Assembly (NCBI GenBank): GCA_963716255.1
Contig: OY970303.1
Coordinates: 5,440,001-5,504,000, forward strand
DNA: 64,000 bases
Source: an uncultured Gemmatimonadales bacterium
Lineage (GTDB): Bacteria > Gemmatimonadota > Gemmatimonadetes > Longimicrobiales > Longimicrobiaceae
Direction: 5' to 3'
Made by a program: the position numbers and the translations under genes. Under the pieces are notes generated by a model, which had not been told where the DNA came from, did not search any database, and saw nothing but the letters and a program-made list of their open reading frames with translations. Positions 34,517-45,858 of the stretch are shown here, one piece after another. Numbering within the stretch: the stretch's first letter is position 1; each line of letters begins with the position of its first letter.

Positions 34517-34897
34517 ATGGCAAGGACAAAGATCAAGACGCGCCGGGACCGCCGCCTGCGGCGGCACCGCCGCGTTCGCGGCAAGGTGAACGGCACGGGC
34601 GAGCGTCCGCGGCTGGTCGTCTACCGCTCGCTCAACCACCTCGAGGGGCAGGTGGTGGACGACGTCCAGGGCAGGACCCTGGTCGGCCTGTCCACCCTCG
34701 CCCCGGCCATCCGCGAGCGCAAGGCCGCGGAGGGGCTGACCAAGACCGACCTTAGCCGGGCCGCCGGGAAGGCGCTCGCCGAGAAGGCCCGCGAGATGGG
34801 GATCACCAGCGTGGTCTTCGATCGCGGCGGCTACCTGTATCACGGCCGCGTCAAGGCCTTCGCGGAGGGCGCCCGCGAGGGCGGCCTCGAGTTCTAG
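34517..34897 (+). CDS. rplR: 50S ribosomal protein L18
   Basis: 'RPRLVVYRS', '[12 protein letters not shown]'. Confidence 0.98.
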   Translation: MARTKIKTRRDRRLRRHRRVRGKVNGTGERPRLVVYRSLNHLEGQVVDDVQGRTLVGLSTLAPAIRERKAAEGLTKTDLSRAAGKALAEKAREMGITSVVFDRGGYLYHGRVKAFAEGAREGGLEF

Positions 34898-34907
34898 GAG
34901 GAACAAC

Positions 34908-35603
34908 ATGGCTGAGAACAGGCAGGGCGGCGGCGGTGGCGGTGGTGGTCGCGGCGGGCGGGGCGGCCCGGGTGCCGGGCGTGGCCCCGGCGGCGGTCCG
35001 GGCGGCTTCGGTGGCGGCGACCGTGGTCGCAGCGGCCAGGGCGGCGAGGGACGCGGGCGCGGCGGCGAGGGCCGTGGCGGCGACCGCGGCGGGCGCGGCG
35101 GCCAGGGCGGGCGCGAGTCCGACCTCAAGGAGAACGTGATCCACATCAACCGCGTCGCCAAGGTCGTCAAGGGCGGGCGCCGCTTCTCCTTCACCGCGCT
35201 CGTCGCCGTCGGCGACCAGCAGGGCAAGGTGGGGATCGGCACTGGCAAGGCGAACGAGGTGTCCGAGGCGGTTCGCAAGGCGATCGACTCGGCGCGGCGC
35301 GCCATGGTCACCGTGCCGGTGATCAAGGGGACGCTCCCGCACGAGATCGTCGGCCATGCCGGCGCGGGCAAGGTCCTCCTCCGTCCGGCGACCCCGGGCA
35401 CCGGCGTCATCGCCGGCGGCGCGGTGCGCGCGGTGCTGGAGTGCGTGGGGATCCACGACATCCTCACCAAGAGCCTCGGGTCCAACAACCCGTTCAACAT
35501 GGTCCACGCGACCATGGACGCGCTCACCCACCTCACCACCCGGGAGCAGATCGCGATGGAGCGCGGCATCCCGGTGGAAGCGCTGGGAGGTGCCCGTGGC
35601 TAA
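34908..35603 (+). CDS. rpsE: 30S ribosomal protein S5 with Gly/Arg-rich N-terminal extension
   Basis: '[16 protein letters not shown]', 'GTGVIAGG'. Confidence 0.98.
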   Translation: MAENRQGGGGGGGGRGGRGGPGAGRGPGGGPGGFGGGDRGRSGQGGEGRGRGGEGRGGDRGGRGGQGGRESDLKENVIHINRVAKVVKGGRRFSFTALVAVGDQQGKVGIGTGKANEVSEAVRKAIDSARRAMVTVPVIKGTLPHEIVGHAGAGKVLLRPATPGTGVIAGGAVRAVLECVGIHDILTKSLGSNNPFNMVHATMDALTHLTTREQIAMERGIPVEALGGARG

Positions 35604-35793
35604 GATCCAGATCACGCAGGTCAAGAGCGGCCTGGGCGCTCCGGAGAAGCACCGGAACACCCTCAAGGCGCTCGGGCTCAGACATCAGCGTTCGGTGGTG
35701 CAGGAGGACAACCCCGCGATCCGCGGGATGGTCTTCCAGGTTCGCCACCTCGTCAAGGTGACCGAAGTGGAAGGGCAGGAGACCAATGGCTGA
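35596..35793 (+). CDS. rpmD: 50S ribosomal protein L30
   Basis: GTG start overlapping rpsE; 'LKALGL', 'NPAIRGMV...VRHLV'. Confidence 0.93.
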   Translation: MAKIQITQVKSGLGAPEKHRNTLKALGLRHQRSVVQEDNPAIRGMVFQVRHLVKVTEVEGQETNG

Positions 35794-36238
35794 TCTGCAC
35801 AACCTCCCGCGGCCCGAGGGGTCGCACCGGAACCGGAAGCGCATCGGGCGCGGCCCCGGCTCCGGCACCGGCAAGACGTCCGGCTTCGGCCACAAGGGCT
35901 CCAAGGCCCGCGCTGGCCACCACGGCCCTGGCGGCAGCAAGCCGGCTTTCGAGGGCGGCCAGATGCCGCTCCAGCGCCGGCTTCCCAAGCGCGGCTTCCG
36001 CCCGCTGGACCGCGTCGAGTACCAGGTGGTCAACCTGTACCAGCTGGAGGACAGCGGCGAGACCGACTTCACCCCCGAGCTCCTCAAGGAGCGCGGGCTG
36101 ATCGGGCACGCGCGCCGTCCGGTCAAGGTCCTGGGCACCGGCGACCTGACCCGCAAGATCACCATCTCCGCGCACGCGTTCAGCAAGACCGCGCGCGAGA
36201 AGATCGAGGGTCTGGGCGGCCAGGTCCAGGAGATCTGA
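35786..36238 (+). CDS. rplO: 50S ribosomal protein L15
   Basis: '[13 protein letters not shown]', '[16 protein letters not shown]'. Confidence 0.99.
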   Translation: MADLHNLPRPEGSHRNRKRIGRGPGSGTGKTSGFGHKGSKARAGHHGPGGSKPAFEGGQMPLQRRLPKRGFRPLDRVEYQVVNLYQLEDSGETDFTPELLKERGLIGHARRPVKVLGTGDLTRKITISAHAFSKTAREKIEGLGGQVQEI

Positions 36239-36240
36239 CC

Positions 36241-37560
36241 ATGGCGAATCCCGTCGCGACCCTGTTCCGGATCCCGGAGGTGAAGGACAAGATCCTCTTC
36301 ACCCTCCTGGCTCTGCTGATCTACCGCATCGGCGCCCACATCGCCGCTCCCGGCATCGACGTGGAGGCGCTCCGGGCGTTTACGGGCCAGTTGCAGGGGA
36401 CGGTGTTCGGGATTTACGACATGTTCGTCGGGGGTGGGCTCTCCAAGGCCACGGTGTTCGCCCTCGGCATCATGCCCTACATCTCGGCCAGCATCATGTT
36501 TCAGCTGCTGGCCGCGGTGTTCCCGACCATCGAGAAGATGCAGAAGGAGGGGGAGGAGGGGCGGAAGAAGCTCACGCAGTACACGCGCTACGCCACCGTC
36601 GCCCTTTCGGTCGTCCAGGCGTACGGGTACGCCCTGTTCCTGGAAGGGATCCCGGGGGCGGTGGTCGACCCCGGCTTCGGCTTCAAGCTGACGATGATCC
36701 TCACCCTGTGCACGGGTGCGGTGTTCATCATGTGGCTGGGGGAGCAGATCACCGAGCGCGGCATCGGCAACGGGATGAGCCTGCTCATCTTCTTTTCCAT
36801 CATCGAGAGCGTTCCCACCGCGCTGTACGAGACCTTCCGGCTGGTGCAGCTCGACGAAGTCTCGGTGGTGTCGCTGCTCATGCTGGTGGTGGTGATGCTG
36901 GTGGTGATCGCGGCCACGGTCGCGGTCACGCTTGCGGCCCGGAAGATCCCGGTGCAGATCCCGCGCAAGGTTATGGGCAAGGGGCGGATCCGCGAGGGGC
37001 AGAAGTCGTTCGTGCCGCTGCGGATCAACTCCGCGGGCGTGATGCCGATCATCTTCGCGCAGTCGATCGTGATCGTGCCCAGCACGCTCCAGCAGTTCTC
37101 GCAGAACGAGTACATCCGCACGTTCTCGGGGTGGTTCCAGTTCGGCACCTGGCCGTACGAGCTCACCTTCGGGCTGCTGATCATCTTCTTCACGTACTTC
37201 TACACGGCGATCATCTTCAACCCGGTCGACCTGGCGGAGAACCTGAAGAAGCAGGGTGCGTTCGTCCCGGGCGTGAAGCCCGGCGCCCGCACCGCGGAGT
37301 ACATCGACCGCGTGCTGACCCGGATCACGCTCCCGGGCGCGGTCTTCCTGGCGGCGATCGCGATCATCCCGGGCCTGGTCCTCAACTCGGTGGGCGTCCC
37401 CTTCCTGGGGCGCGTGCTGGGCGGGACCGGCGTGCTGATCATGGTGGGCGTCGCGCTGGACACCGTCCAGCAGATGCAGCAGCACCTCCTCCTGCGCCGC
37501 TACGACGGCTTCATGCGCAAGGGCCGGGTGAAGCTGCGCGGCCGCACCCGCTTCACCTGA
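36241..37560 (+). CDS. secY: Preprotein translocase subunit SecY
   Basis: '[13 protein letters not shown]', '[14 protein letters not shown]', 'AGVMPIIFA'. Confidence 0.99.
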   Translation: MANPVATLFRIPEVKDKILFTLLALLIYRIGAHIAAPGIDVEALRAFTGQLQGTVFGIYDMFVGGGLSKATVFALGIMPYISASIMFQLLAAVFPTIEKMQKEGEEGRKKLTQYTRYATVALSVVQAYGYALFLEGIPGAVVDPGFGFKLTMILTLCTGAVFIMWLGEQITERGIGNGMSLLIFFSIIESVPTALYETFRLVQLDEVSVVSLLMLVVVMLVVIAATVAVTLAARKIPVQIPRKVMGKGRIREGQKSFVPLRINSAGVMPIIFAQSIVIVPSTLQQFSQNEYIRTFSGWFQFGTWPYELTFGLLIIFFTYFYTAIIFNPVDLAENLKKQGAFVPGVKPGARTAEYIDRVLTRITLPGAVFLAAIAIIPGLVLNSVGVPFLGRVLGGTGVLIMVGVALDTVQQMQQHLLLRRYDGFMRKGRVKLRGRTRFT

Positions 37561-37568
37561 GCGGCAAC

Positions 37569-38219
37569 ATGGACCTGATCCTGTTGGGCGCCCCCGGGGC
37601 GGGGAAGGGAACGCAGGGGGCGCTCCTGGCGGAGAAGCTGGGGATCCCCAAGATCGCCACCGGCGACATGCTCCGCGACGCGGTGCGCCAGGGCACGCCC
37701 CTGGGGCTGGAGGCGAAGCGCTACATGGACGCCGGGGAGCTGGTCCCCGACGAGGTGATCCTGGGGATGGTGCGCGAGCGCCTTTCCCAGGAGGACGCGT
37801 CGGGGGGCGCCATCTTCGACGGCTACCCGCGCAACGCGGCGCAGGCCGAGAGCCTGGGACGGATGCTCGCGGAGCTGGGGCGCGGCATAGACGCGGTGGT
37901 CTCGATCGACGTCGCGGAGGACGCCATCGTCCAGCGCATGTCGGGCCGCCGCACCGACCCGGAGACCGGGCGCGTGTACCACGTGGTGCACAACCCGGCC
38001 CCGGCGGAGGTGCAGGGCCGGCTGGTGCAGCGCGACGACGACCGTGAAGAAACGGTCCGGCACCGCCTCCAGGTGTACCGGACCACCACCGAGCCGCTGG
38101 TCGCGTTCTACCGCGAGTCGGGGGTCCCGCTCCATGCCGTCGACGGCGACAGGCCGATCGAGCAGGTGCAGGGCGAGATCCTGGAGCTGCTCGGAAAGGA
38201 CGCTTCCGCGCGCCCGTAA
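37569..38219 (+). CDS. adk: Adenylate kinase
   Basis: [10 protein letters not shown], 'TGDMLR', 'DGYPRN', 'QRDDD'. Confidence 0.98.
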   Translation: MDLILLGAPGAGKGTQGALLAEKLGIPKIATGDMLRDAVRQGTPLGLEAKRYMDAGELVPDEVILGMVRERLSQEDASGGAIFDGYPRNAAQAESLGRMLAELGRGIDAVVSIDVAEDAIVQRMSGRRTDPETGRVYHVVHNPAPAEVQGRLVQRDDDREETVRHRLQVYRTTTEPLVAFYRESGVPLHAVDGDRPIEQVQGEILELLGKDASARP

Positions 38220-38231
38220 CTCCCCACGGGG

Positions 38232-38260
38232 TTGCGGGATCGCGGAAGTCAAGGTACATT
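38232..38260 (+). promoter_or_regulatory. Possible promoter of the rpmJ-rpsM-rpsK-rpsD-rpoA-rplQ unit
   Basis: TTGCGG-17 nt-TACATT. Confidence 0.5.
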
Positions 38261-38297
38261 TCAAGGCTCCAGTTTAATCACGACCAGAGAGGCGACG

Positions 38298-38414
38298 ATG
38301 AAGGTCCGCGCGAGTGTGAAGCCGATCTGTGAGCACTGCAAGGTGATCCGGCGGCGTGGCGTTGTTCGCATCATCTGCAAGAAGAACCCGCGCCACAAGC
38401 AGCGCCAGGGTTAA
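38298..38414 (+). CDS. rpmJ: 50S ribosomal protein L36
   Basis: [38 protein letters not shown]. Confidence 0.98.
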   Translation: MKVRASVKPICEHCKVIRRRGVVRIICKKNPRHKQRQG

Positions 38415-38444
38415 TCCACAGGTCCGGCACTTTCAGGAGGCACG

Positions 38445-38825
38445 ATGGCTCGTATCGCCGGGGTCGACCTTCCGCGCGAGAAGCGGATCGAGATCGGCCT
38501 GACGTACATCTTCGGGATCGGCCGCCCGACGTCGCAGAAGATCCTCGCCGAGGCGGGCGTGAACCGGGACACCCGGGTGCACGCGCTGAGCGACGAGGAG
38601 GTCAACCGTCTGCGCCGCGTCATCGACACCACCATTCGGGTGGAGGGCGCGCTTCGATCGGAGATCGCCCGGAACATCAAGCGGCTGATGGACATCGGTT
38701 CGTACCGCGGGCTCCGCCACCGCCGGGGTCTCCCCGTCCGCGGGCAGCGCACGCACACCAACGCCCGGACCAAGAAGGGTCCGCGCCGCGCGATCGCCGG
38801 GAAGAAGAAGCCCGGGAAGAAGTAA
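38445..38825 (+). CDS. rpsM: 30S ribosomal protein S13
   Basis: MARIAGV, '[14 protein letters not shown]'. Confidence 0.99.
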   Translation: MARIAGVDLPREKRIEIGLTYIFGIGRPTSQKILAEAGVNRDTRVHALSDEEVNRLRRVIDTTIRVEGALRSEIARNIKRLMDIGSYRGLRHRRGLPVRGQRTHTNARTKKGPRRAIAGKKKPGKK

Positions 38826-38939
38826 GCTGCGGCAGGCGTGGGGCCGGACGATGTGTCCGGCGATCACCCCGCCGGGAACCGGCGGGGAGCAGCACCGGAA
38901 TCGCGGTAGGCCGCGGATCACACACAAGGAAACGAGCGA

Positions 38940-39332
38940 ATGGCGAAGCCGAAGCAGGGCGCCCGTCCCAAGACGAAGCGCCACGTAGAGAGCGAAGGGG
39001 TCGCGCACGTCAAGGCGACCTTCAACAACACGATCGTCAACATCACCGACATGGCGGGCAACGCCGTCGTGTGGGGGAGCGCCGGGAAGGCGGGGTTCAA
39101 GGGCTCCAAGAAGTCCACTCCCTTCGCCGCGACCGTGGCCGCCGAGCAGGCCGCCAAGGAGGCGCTGAACCTGGGCGTGCGCCGCGTGCACGTGTACGTG
39201 CAGGGGCCGGGCTCCGGGCGCGAGTCGGCGATCCAGGCTCTGGCCGCCGCCGGTCTGCAGATCCGCTCGATCCGCGACGTGACGCCGATCCCGCACAACG
39301 GCTGCCGGCCTCCGAAGAAGCGCCGCGTGTAA
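38940..39332 (+). CDS. rpsK: 30S ribosomal protein S11
   Basis: 'ATFNNTIV', '[14 protein letters not shown]'. Confidence 0.99.
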   Translation: MAKPKQGARPKTKRHVESEGVAHVKATFNNTIVNITDMAGNAVVWGSAGKAGFKGSKKSTPFAATVAAEQAAKEALNLGVRRVHVYVQGPGSGRESAIQALAAAGLQIRSIRDVTPIPHNGCRPPKKRRV

Positions 39333-39337
39333 GAAGG

Positions 39338-39426
39338 ACAGGTTACAGGGACGAGGGAACAGGGGACAGCCAGCGGACGGCCTCGTGCCTGCCGGCTGTT
39401 CCCTGTAACCTGTTCCCTGTTCCCTG
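39338..39426. repeat. Heptamer-unit inverted repeat (STRR-like)
   Basis: acaggtt-acaggga-cgaggga-acagggg-acag ... ctgt-tccctgt-aacctgt-tccctgt-tccctg. Confidence 0.75.
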
Positions 39427-39501
39427 CTGTTGATGGCGTAAACCTCCGCGACCGTCGGGGGGACGAAGCCGAGAAAAATCCTATCCAGGAGAACACGGTT
39501 C

Positions 39502-40137
39502 ATGGCCCGTTACACCGGACCCGTCTGCAAGCTGTGCCGCCGCGAGGGGCAGAAGCTGTTCCTCAAGGGCACCAAGTGCTTCACCGAGAAGTGCCCGATC
39601 GAGCGCCGTCCGTACGCCCCCGGGCAGCACGGACAGGCCGCCTCCCGCCGCCGCAAGGCGTCGGAGTACGCGCACCAGCTTCGCGAGAAGCAGAAGGTGA
39701 AGCGCATCTACGGCGTCTCGGAGAAGCCGTTCCGCACGCTCTTCGAGAAGGCCGCACACCAGCCCGGCATCACCGGCGAGAACCTCCTGGTGGCGCTCGA
39801 GAGCCGTCTCGACAACATCGTGTACCGGATGGGCTTCGGCTCCTCCCGCAAGGAGGCCCGGCAGATCATCCGCCACCGCCACGTGCAGGTGAACGGTCGC
39901 CTGGTGGACATTCCGAGCTTCCAGGTGGAGCCCGGCGACGAAGTGCGCATCGCGCCCAAGAGCAAGGACATCCTCCCGGTGCAGGCCTCGCTTGCCGCCA
40001 AGACCAAGCCGAGCACGGTGGGCTGGCTGGCGGTGGACGAGGGGACGCGCACCGGCCGGATGGTGGGCCGTCCGACCCGCGCGGACATCCCGCTCGCTGT
40101 TCAGGAGCAGTTGATCGTCGAGCTCTACAGCAAGTAA
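39502..40137 (+). CDS. rpsD: 30S ribosomal protein S4
   Basis: MARYTGPVCKLCRREG, 'LESRLDNIVYRMG', 'IVELYSK'. Confidence 0.99.
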   Translation: MARYTGPVCKLCRREGQKLFLKGTKCFTEKCPIERRPYAPGQHGQAASRRRKASEYAHQLREKQKVKRIYGVSEKPFRTLFEKAAHQPGITGENLLVALESRLDNIVYRMGFGSSRKEARQIIRHRHVQVNGRLVDIPSFQVEPGDEVRIAPKSKDILPVQASLAAKTKPSTVGWLAVDEGTRTGRMVGRPTRADIPLAVQEQLIVELYSK

Positions 40138-40223
40138 GCTGAAGACCGGATCGGCGGCGGGGGCAACGGGCCCTCGCCGCTCGGTCCGTCTTGTGCATCC
40201 CGAACTTATCCCGGAGGGATATA

Positions 40224-41327
40224 GTGGAACTCGATCTTACCGGCCTTCAGATGCCGGGACTGCCGGAGCAGCCGCGGACAGGGCAGATCGTACTTCGGCC
40301 GCTGGAGCGGGGCTTCGGCCACACGCTCGGCAACACCATGCGCCGCATCCTGCTGTCCAGCCTGCGCGGCGCCGCCGTCTGGGCGTTCCGCGCGGACGGC
40401 GTGCTCCACGAGCACCAGACCATCGGCGGCGTGGTGGAGGACGTTCACCAGGTCATCCGCAACCTCAAGTCGCTCGTCCTGCGCATGGACGAGGACGTGG
40501 AGGAGGCGGTGCTGGAGCTGCGGGCCAACGAGGCGGGCGCCGTGACGGCGCGCAACATCCGCGGCCACGCTTCGGTCCAGGTGATCAACCCCGACCACCA
40601 CATCCTCGAGCTGCAGGACGACCGTGACCTGCGCATCGAGCTTTACGTGAACAAGGGCCGCGGCTTCGTGCTCGCGGAGCAGCACGCGGTCCCGCGCGGC
40701 ATGCCGGCGGACCTGGTCCGCGTGGACGCGATCTACAACCCGGTGACGCGCGCCAACTTCGTGGTCGAGGAGACCCGCGTGGGCCAGCGCACCGACTTCG
40801 ACCGCCTGGTCCTGGACCTGGAGACCAACGGGGCGATCGAGGTGCGGGCCGCGGTGCAGTACGCCGCGCGCCTGGCCATCGAGCACCTGAGCTTCCTGGC
40901 CGGCGGCCGCCCCGAGTGGTCGGAGAGCCGGCAGTGGGGCTCGGACGGCAGCGGCGCGATCGCCACCGGCGCGGACGGACGGGCTGCTGTGCCCGTGCGC
41001 ATCCGCGACCTCCTCAGCCGTCCCATCGAGGACCTGACGGAGCTGAGCGTCCGCAGCCGCAACTCGCTCCAGAAGGAGAACATCCAGACGGTGCGGGACC
41101 TGGTGCAGCGGACCGAGGCGCAGATGCTGGGGATCGACAACTTCGGCAAGAAGTCGCTGCAGGAGATCAACGAGTTCCTGCTGGGACAGGGCCTCCGCTT
41201 CGGCATTCAGTTCGAGGAGGGGGAGGACGGCTCTCTGTGGTGGGCGACCGAGCAGCCCGGCGGCTCCGCCGAAGAGATTCAGGGTGGCGGAGACGAGCAG
41301 ACCGAAACGGATTCCGAAAGGGAGTAG
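40224..41327 (+). CDS. rpoA: DNA-directed RNA polymerase alpha subunit
   Basis: '[21 protein letters not shown]', '[12 protein letters not shown]', CTD '[10 protein letters not shown]...[10 protein letters not shown]'; GTG start after GGAGG. Confidence 0.97.
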   Translation: MELDLTGLQMPGLPEQPRTGQIVLRPLERGFGHTLGNTMRRILLSSLRGAAVWAFRADGVLHEHQTIGGVVEDVHQVIRNLKSLVLRMDEDVEEAVLELRANEAGAVTARNIRGHASVQVINPDHHILELQDDRDLRIELYVNKGRGFVLAEQHAVPRGMPADLVRVDAIYNPVTRANFVVEETRVGQRTDFDRLVLDLETNGAIEVRAAVQYAARLAIEHLSFLAGGRPEWSESRQWGSDGSGAIATGADGRAAVPVRIRDLLSRPIEDLTELSVRSRNSLQKENIQTVRDLVQRTEAQMLGIDNFGKKSLQEINEFLLGQGLRFGIQFEEGEDGSLWWATEQPGGSAEEIQGGGDEQTETDSERE

Positions 41328-41332
41328 TTCAT

Positions 41333-41692
41333 ATGCGTCATGCCAACAGGGGCCGCAAGCTCGGCCGCACCGCGGAGCACCGTGAGGCGCTGCTTCGCAA
41401 TATGGCGATCAGCCTCTTCCGGCACGGCCGGATCAACACCACGACCGAGAAGGCCAAGGAGCTGCGTCCCTTCGCCGAGCGCCTGATCACGCTCGCGAAG
41501 CGCGGCGACCTTCACGCCCGCCGCCTCGCCGCCCGCGACATCGCGGACCGGGACGTGCTGGTGCAGCTCTTCGACGCCATCGGCCCCCGCTTCGCGGAGC
41601 GGCCGGGCGGGTACACCCGCGTGCTCAAGCTGGGCCACCGCCGCGGCGACGGCGCGGAGCTGGCGCTGATCGAGCTGGTGGACCGCGGCTGA
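41333..41692 (+). CDS. rplQ: 50S ribosomal protein L17
   Basis: MRH..RKLGR, 'KAKELR', 'RPGGYTR'. Confidence 0.99.
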   Translation: MRHANRGRKLGRTAEHREALLRNMAISLFRHGRINTTTEKAKELRPFAERLITLAKRGDLHARRLAARDIADRDVLVQLFDAIGPRFAERPGGYTRVLKLGHRRGDGAELALIELVDRG

Positions 41693-41713
41693 GAAACCGA
41701 GGTCAGGCACAAC

Positions 41714-41752
41714 ACGACGGCCGGACCCCCAAGGGTCCGGCCGTCGTCTTTT
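41714..41752 (+). terminator. Intrinsic terminator after rplQ
   Basis: ACGACGGCCGGACCC-ccaa-GGGTCCGGCCGTCGT-CTTTT. Confidence 0.85.
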
Positions 41753-41764
41753 GCAGTCGCAGTT

Positions 41765-41913
41765 GCATGAGGGATTACGGCCCGAAGGGGCGAGACCCGG
41801 CGAGGCTGTTTTCGCCGGGGCTCGACTCCGTTAAGCAGCGTTTTTTGCTGCTTTACGGAGCCGAAGCCCGACCCCGGCGCCAGCCGGGGGCATGCCCGAA
41901 CCCGCCGTTCAGC
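41765..41913 (-). repeat. Structured ~150-nt dispersed element, copy 2
   Basis: Reverse complement matches copy 1, with compensatory GCATG/CATGC in the closing helix. Confidence 0.95.
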
Positions 41914-41924
41914 CTTTGCAGTCC

Positions 41925-41964
41925 AAAAGAAAGAGGGGCCGCGTGACGAATCACACGGCCCCTC
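41925..41964 (-). terminator. Intrinsic terminator after rpmB
   Basis: Minus strand: GAGGGGCCGTGTGA-TTCG-TCACGCGGCCCCTC then TTTCTTTT. Confidence 0.8.
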
Positions 41965-41988
41965 GAATCTCAAACCACCTCGAACCGC

Positions 41989-42183
41989 TCACCCCGCCTT
42001 GCGGATCTTCCCGGCGGAGATGCAGCTGGTGCAGACGCGGAGCCGCTTGCGGGTCCCGTTCGCGGTGACCACGTGGGCGCTCTGCAGGTTGGGCAGCCAG
42101 CGCCGCTTGGTCTTGTTGTTCGCGTGGCTGACGTTGTTCCCGCTGCGCGGGCCCTTGCCACAAACGGCGCAGAAGCCGCTCAT
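41989..42183 (-). CDS. rpmB: 50S ribosomal protein L28
   Basis: '[30 protein letters not shown]', 'RVCTSCI'. Confidence 0.98.
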   Translation of the reverse strand: MSGFCAVCGKGPRSGNNVSHANNKTKRRWLPNLQSAHVVTANGTRKRLRVCTSCISAGKIRKAG

Positions 42184-42228
42184 CGGTATCTCCTGAAAAT
42201 CGTGGGGCGACTGTACGACAAGACCTTA

Positions 42229-43353
<1,125 letters not shown>

Positions 43354-43357
43354 GGGC

Positions 43358-44314
43358 GTGCGGATCCTGGTCACGGGTGCCGGAGGGTTCGTCGGTCAGC
43401 ACCTGATCCGGGAGCTGCTCGCGGCGGACCACTCGGTGTTCGGGGGGACGCAGGACGGGGCTCCTCCCGCGGAGGGCGTGCTCCCCGCGGCGGAGGCGGG
43501 GCGGGTGTGCTGGCTCCCGCTGGACGTGACCTCGGGCGGGTCGGTCGCGGACGCGGTGGCGCGCTCCCGGCCCGACCACGTGTACCACCTGGCGGGGCAG
43601 AGCTCGGTGGCGCTGTCGTTCTCGAGCCCGGTGGACACCTGGGACGTGAACGCCACGGGGACGCTCCGCCTGACCTGCGCGCTGGCGGAGGCGGGGCTGC
43701 GCGACACCCGCGTGCTGCTGGCGAGCTCGGCGGACGTGTACGGCCCCGTTCCCGAGGACGAGCAGCCCATCCGCGAGTCGCGCCCGCTCAACCCGGCCAG
43801 CCCGTACGCGGCGTCCAAGGCGGCGGCGGAGATGGCGGCCGGCCAGGCGAGCGGGAGCGGCGGCCCGGCGGTGGTGGTGGCCCGCAGCTTCGTGCACACG
43901 GGGCCGGGGCAGGACAGCCGCTTCGCGATTCCCAGCTTCGCGCACCAGCTGGCGGGGGTGCGCGCCGGCCGCTGCGAGCCCACGCTGCGGGTGGGGAACC
44001 TGGCCGTCCGCCGCGACGTGCTGGACGTGCGCGACGTGGTGCGGGCGTACGGCTGCCTGGTGGAGCGGGGCGAGCCGGGCGGGGTGTACAACGTGTGCTC
44101 GGGCGAGGCGCACGAGCTGCGCGCGATGGTGGAGGAGATGATCGAGCTGTCCGGGACGGGAGCCCGCATCGAGGTCGACCCGGAGCGCATCCGCCCGGTC
44201 GACCTGCCGCTGCTGGTGGGCGACGGAAGCCGCCTGCGGGCCCTGGGGTGGGAGCCGCGGATCCCGCTGCGGCGGACGCTGGCCGACCTGCTGGCGGACG
44301 CGGAGCGGCGATGA
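43358..44314 (+). CDS. Extended SDR, probable GDP-4-keto-6-deoxymannose reductase (Rmd-like)
   Basis: GAGGFVG, 'HLAGQSSV', 'SPYAASK', 'VGNLAVRRD'; directly after gmd. Confidence 0.75.
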   Translation: MRILVTGAGGFVGQHLIRELLAADHSVFGGTQDGAPPAEGVLPAAEAGRVCWLPLDVTSGGSVADAVARSRPDHVYHLAGQSSVALSFSSPVDTWDVNATGTLRLTCALAEAGLRDTRVLLASSADVYGPVPEDEQPIRESRPLNPASPYAASKAAAEMAAGQASGSGGPAVVVARSFVHTGPGQDSRFAIPSFAHQLAGVRAGRCEPTLRVGNLAVRRDVLDVRDVVRAYGCLVERGEPGGVYNVCSGEAHELRAMVEEMIELSGTGARIEVDPERIRPVDLPLLVGDGSRLRALGWEPRIPLRRTLADLLADAERR

Positions 44315-45858
44315 GCGGTCCCGCCTCCGATTCCGCCTCCGGCGTGCCCGGCCGCGTGTACCTTGTGGGCGCGGGCCCCGGCGACCCGGGGCTGCTCACG
44401 CTGCGCGCCGCGGAACTGCTGGCGCGCGCCGACGTGGTGGTGTATGACGCGCTGGTGAGCCCGCAGATCGTGGACCGCTGCCCGCCGGACGCGGAGCGCG
44501 TCTACGTGGGAAAGCGCGGGGGGGAGCACTCCCGGACGCAGGAGGAGATCAACGCGCTGCTGGTGGAGCTGGGGCGGAGGCATGCCTCGGTGGTGCGGCT
44601 CAAGGGCGGCGATCCCTTCGTCTTCGGGCGGGGCGGGGAGGAGGCGCTGGCCTTGGTGGAGGCGGGGATCCCCTTCGAGGTGGTCCCTGGCGTCACCGCC
44701 GGGGTCGCGGCCACCGCGTACGCGGGGATCCCGGTGACGCACCGCGGGATCACCTCCAGCGTCGCCTTCGCGACGGGTCACGAGGACCCGGTCAAGTCCG
44801 GGAGCGACCTGGACTGGGAGCACCTGGGCCGCGGCGTGGGAACGGTGGTGTTCTACATGAGCGTCGGCAGGATGGCGGCGAACTTCGAGCGGCTGGTGGC
44901 GGCGGGGCGCTCGCCGGACACTCCCGCCGCCGCGGTGGAGTGGGGGACCTACCCCCGCCAGCGGGTGGTGACGGGAACCGTCGGCACGCTGCCGGGATTG
45001 GTCGCGGAGGCGGGGATCGGCGCGCCGGCCATCGTGGTGGTGGGCGAGGTGGTGGGGCTGCGGGAGAAGCTGGCCTGGTTCGAGTCGCGCCCGCTCTTCG
45101 GCAAGCGCATCGTGGTGACCCGGGCCCGCGCGCAGGCGAGCGACTTCGCCGTGGCGCTGGAGGCGCTGGGCGCCGAGGTGCTCCAGTTCCCCACCATCCG
45201 CATCGTGGACCCGCCGGACCGCGAGCCGCTGCGGCGGGCCGCATCTGAGGCGGACCGCTTCGACTGGATCGTGTTCACCAGCGTGAACGGGGTGGCGCGG
45301 TTCTGGTCGGCGCTGCGCGAGGCGGGGCGCGACACGCGCGCCCTAGCCGGGGTGTCGCTGTGCGCCATCGGCCCGGCGACGGCGGCGGCGATCGAGATGG
45401 AGGGTGCCCGCCCGGACCTGGTGCCGGAGCGCTTCGTGGCGGAGTCGGTGCTGGAAGCGCTGGAGCGCGAGGCGGACCTCCGCGGCGCCCGCATCCTCCT
45501 GGCGCGCGCGGAGACGGCGCGCTCCGTCCTCCCCGACACGCTGCGCGAGCGGGGGGCGGAGGTGGTGGAGGTGGCCGCCTACCGCACCGTCCCCGACGGC
45601 GCCGAGGCCCAGGAGCTCCGGGCCCGCCTGCGCGAGGGCGGGATCGACATGGTCACCTTCACCGCCAGCTCCACGGTGCGCAACTACGTGGACGCGGTCG
45701 GGGCGGAGACCGGGAGCGCGGAGGTCGCCTCCATCGGGCCCATCACCTCGGCGGCGGCGCGCGAGCTGGGGCTGCCGGTGCACGTGGAGGCGGCGGAGTA
45801 CACCATCCCCGGGCTGGTCCGCGCCATCCGCGAGCGCTTCGAGGGCGCCCGGAGGTGA
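44311..45858 (+). CDS. cobA/hemD: Fused uroporphyrinogen-III C-methyltransferase / uroporphyrinogen-III synthase (CobA-HemD)
   Basis: 'VYLVGAGPGDPGLLT', 'RLKGGDPFVFGRGGEE'; HemD part 'PLFGKRIVVTR', 'FTSVNGV', 'FTASSTV', 'SIGPIT'. Confidence 0.95.
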   Translation: MSGPASDSASGVPGRVYLVGAGPGDPGLLTLRAAELLARADVVVYDALVSPQIVDRCPPDAERVYVGKRGGEHSRTQEEINALLVELGRRHASVVRLKGGDPFVFGRGGEEALALVEAGIPFEVVPGVTAGVAATAYAGIPVTHRGITSSVAFATGHEDPVKSGSDLDWEHLGRGVGTVVFYMSVGRMAANFERLVAAGRSPDTPAAAVEWGTYPRQRVVTGTVGTLPGLVAEAGIGAPAIVVVGEVVGLREKLAWFESRPLFGKRIVVTRARAQASDFAVALEALGAEVLQFPTIRIVDPPDREPLRRAASEADRFDWIVFTSVNGVARFWSALREAGRDTRALAGVSLCAIGPATAAAIEMEGARPDLVPERFVAESVLEALEREADLRGARILLARAETARSVLPDTLRERGAEVVEVAAYRTVPDGAEAQELRARLREGGIDMVTFTASSTVRNYVDAVGAETGSAEVASIGPITSAAARELGLPVHVEAAEYTIPGLVRAIRERFEGARR

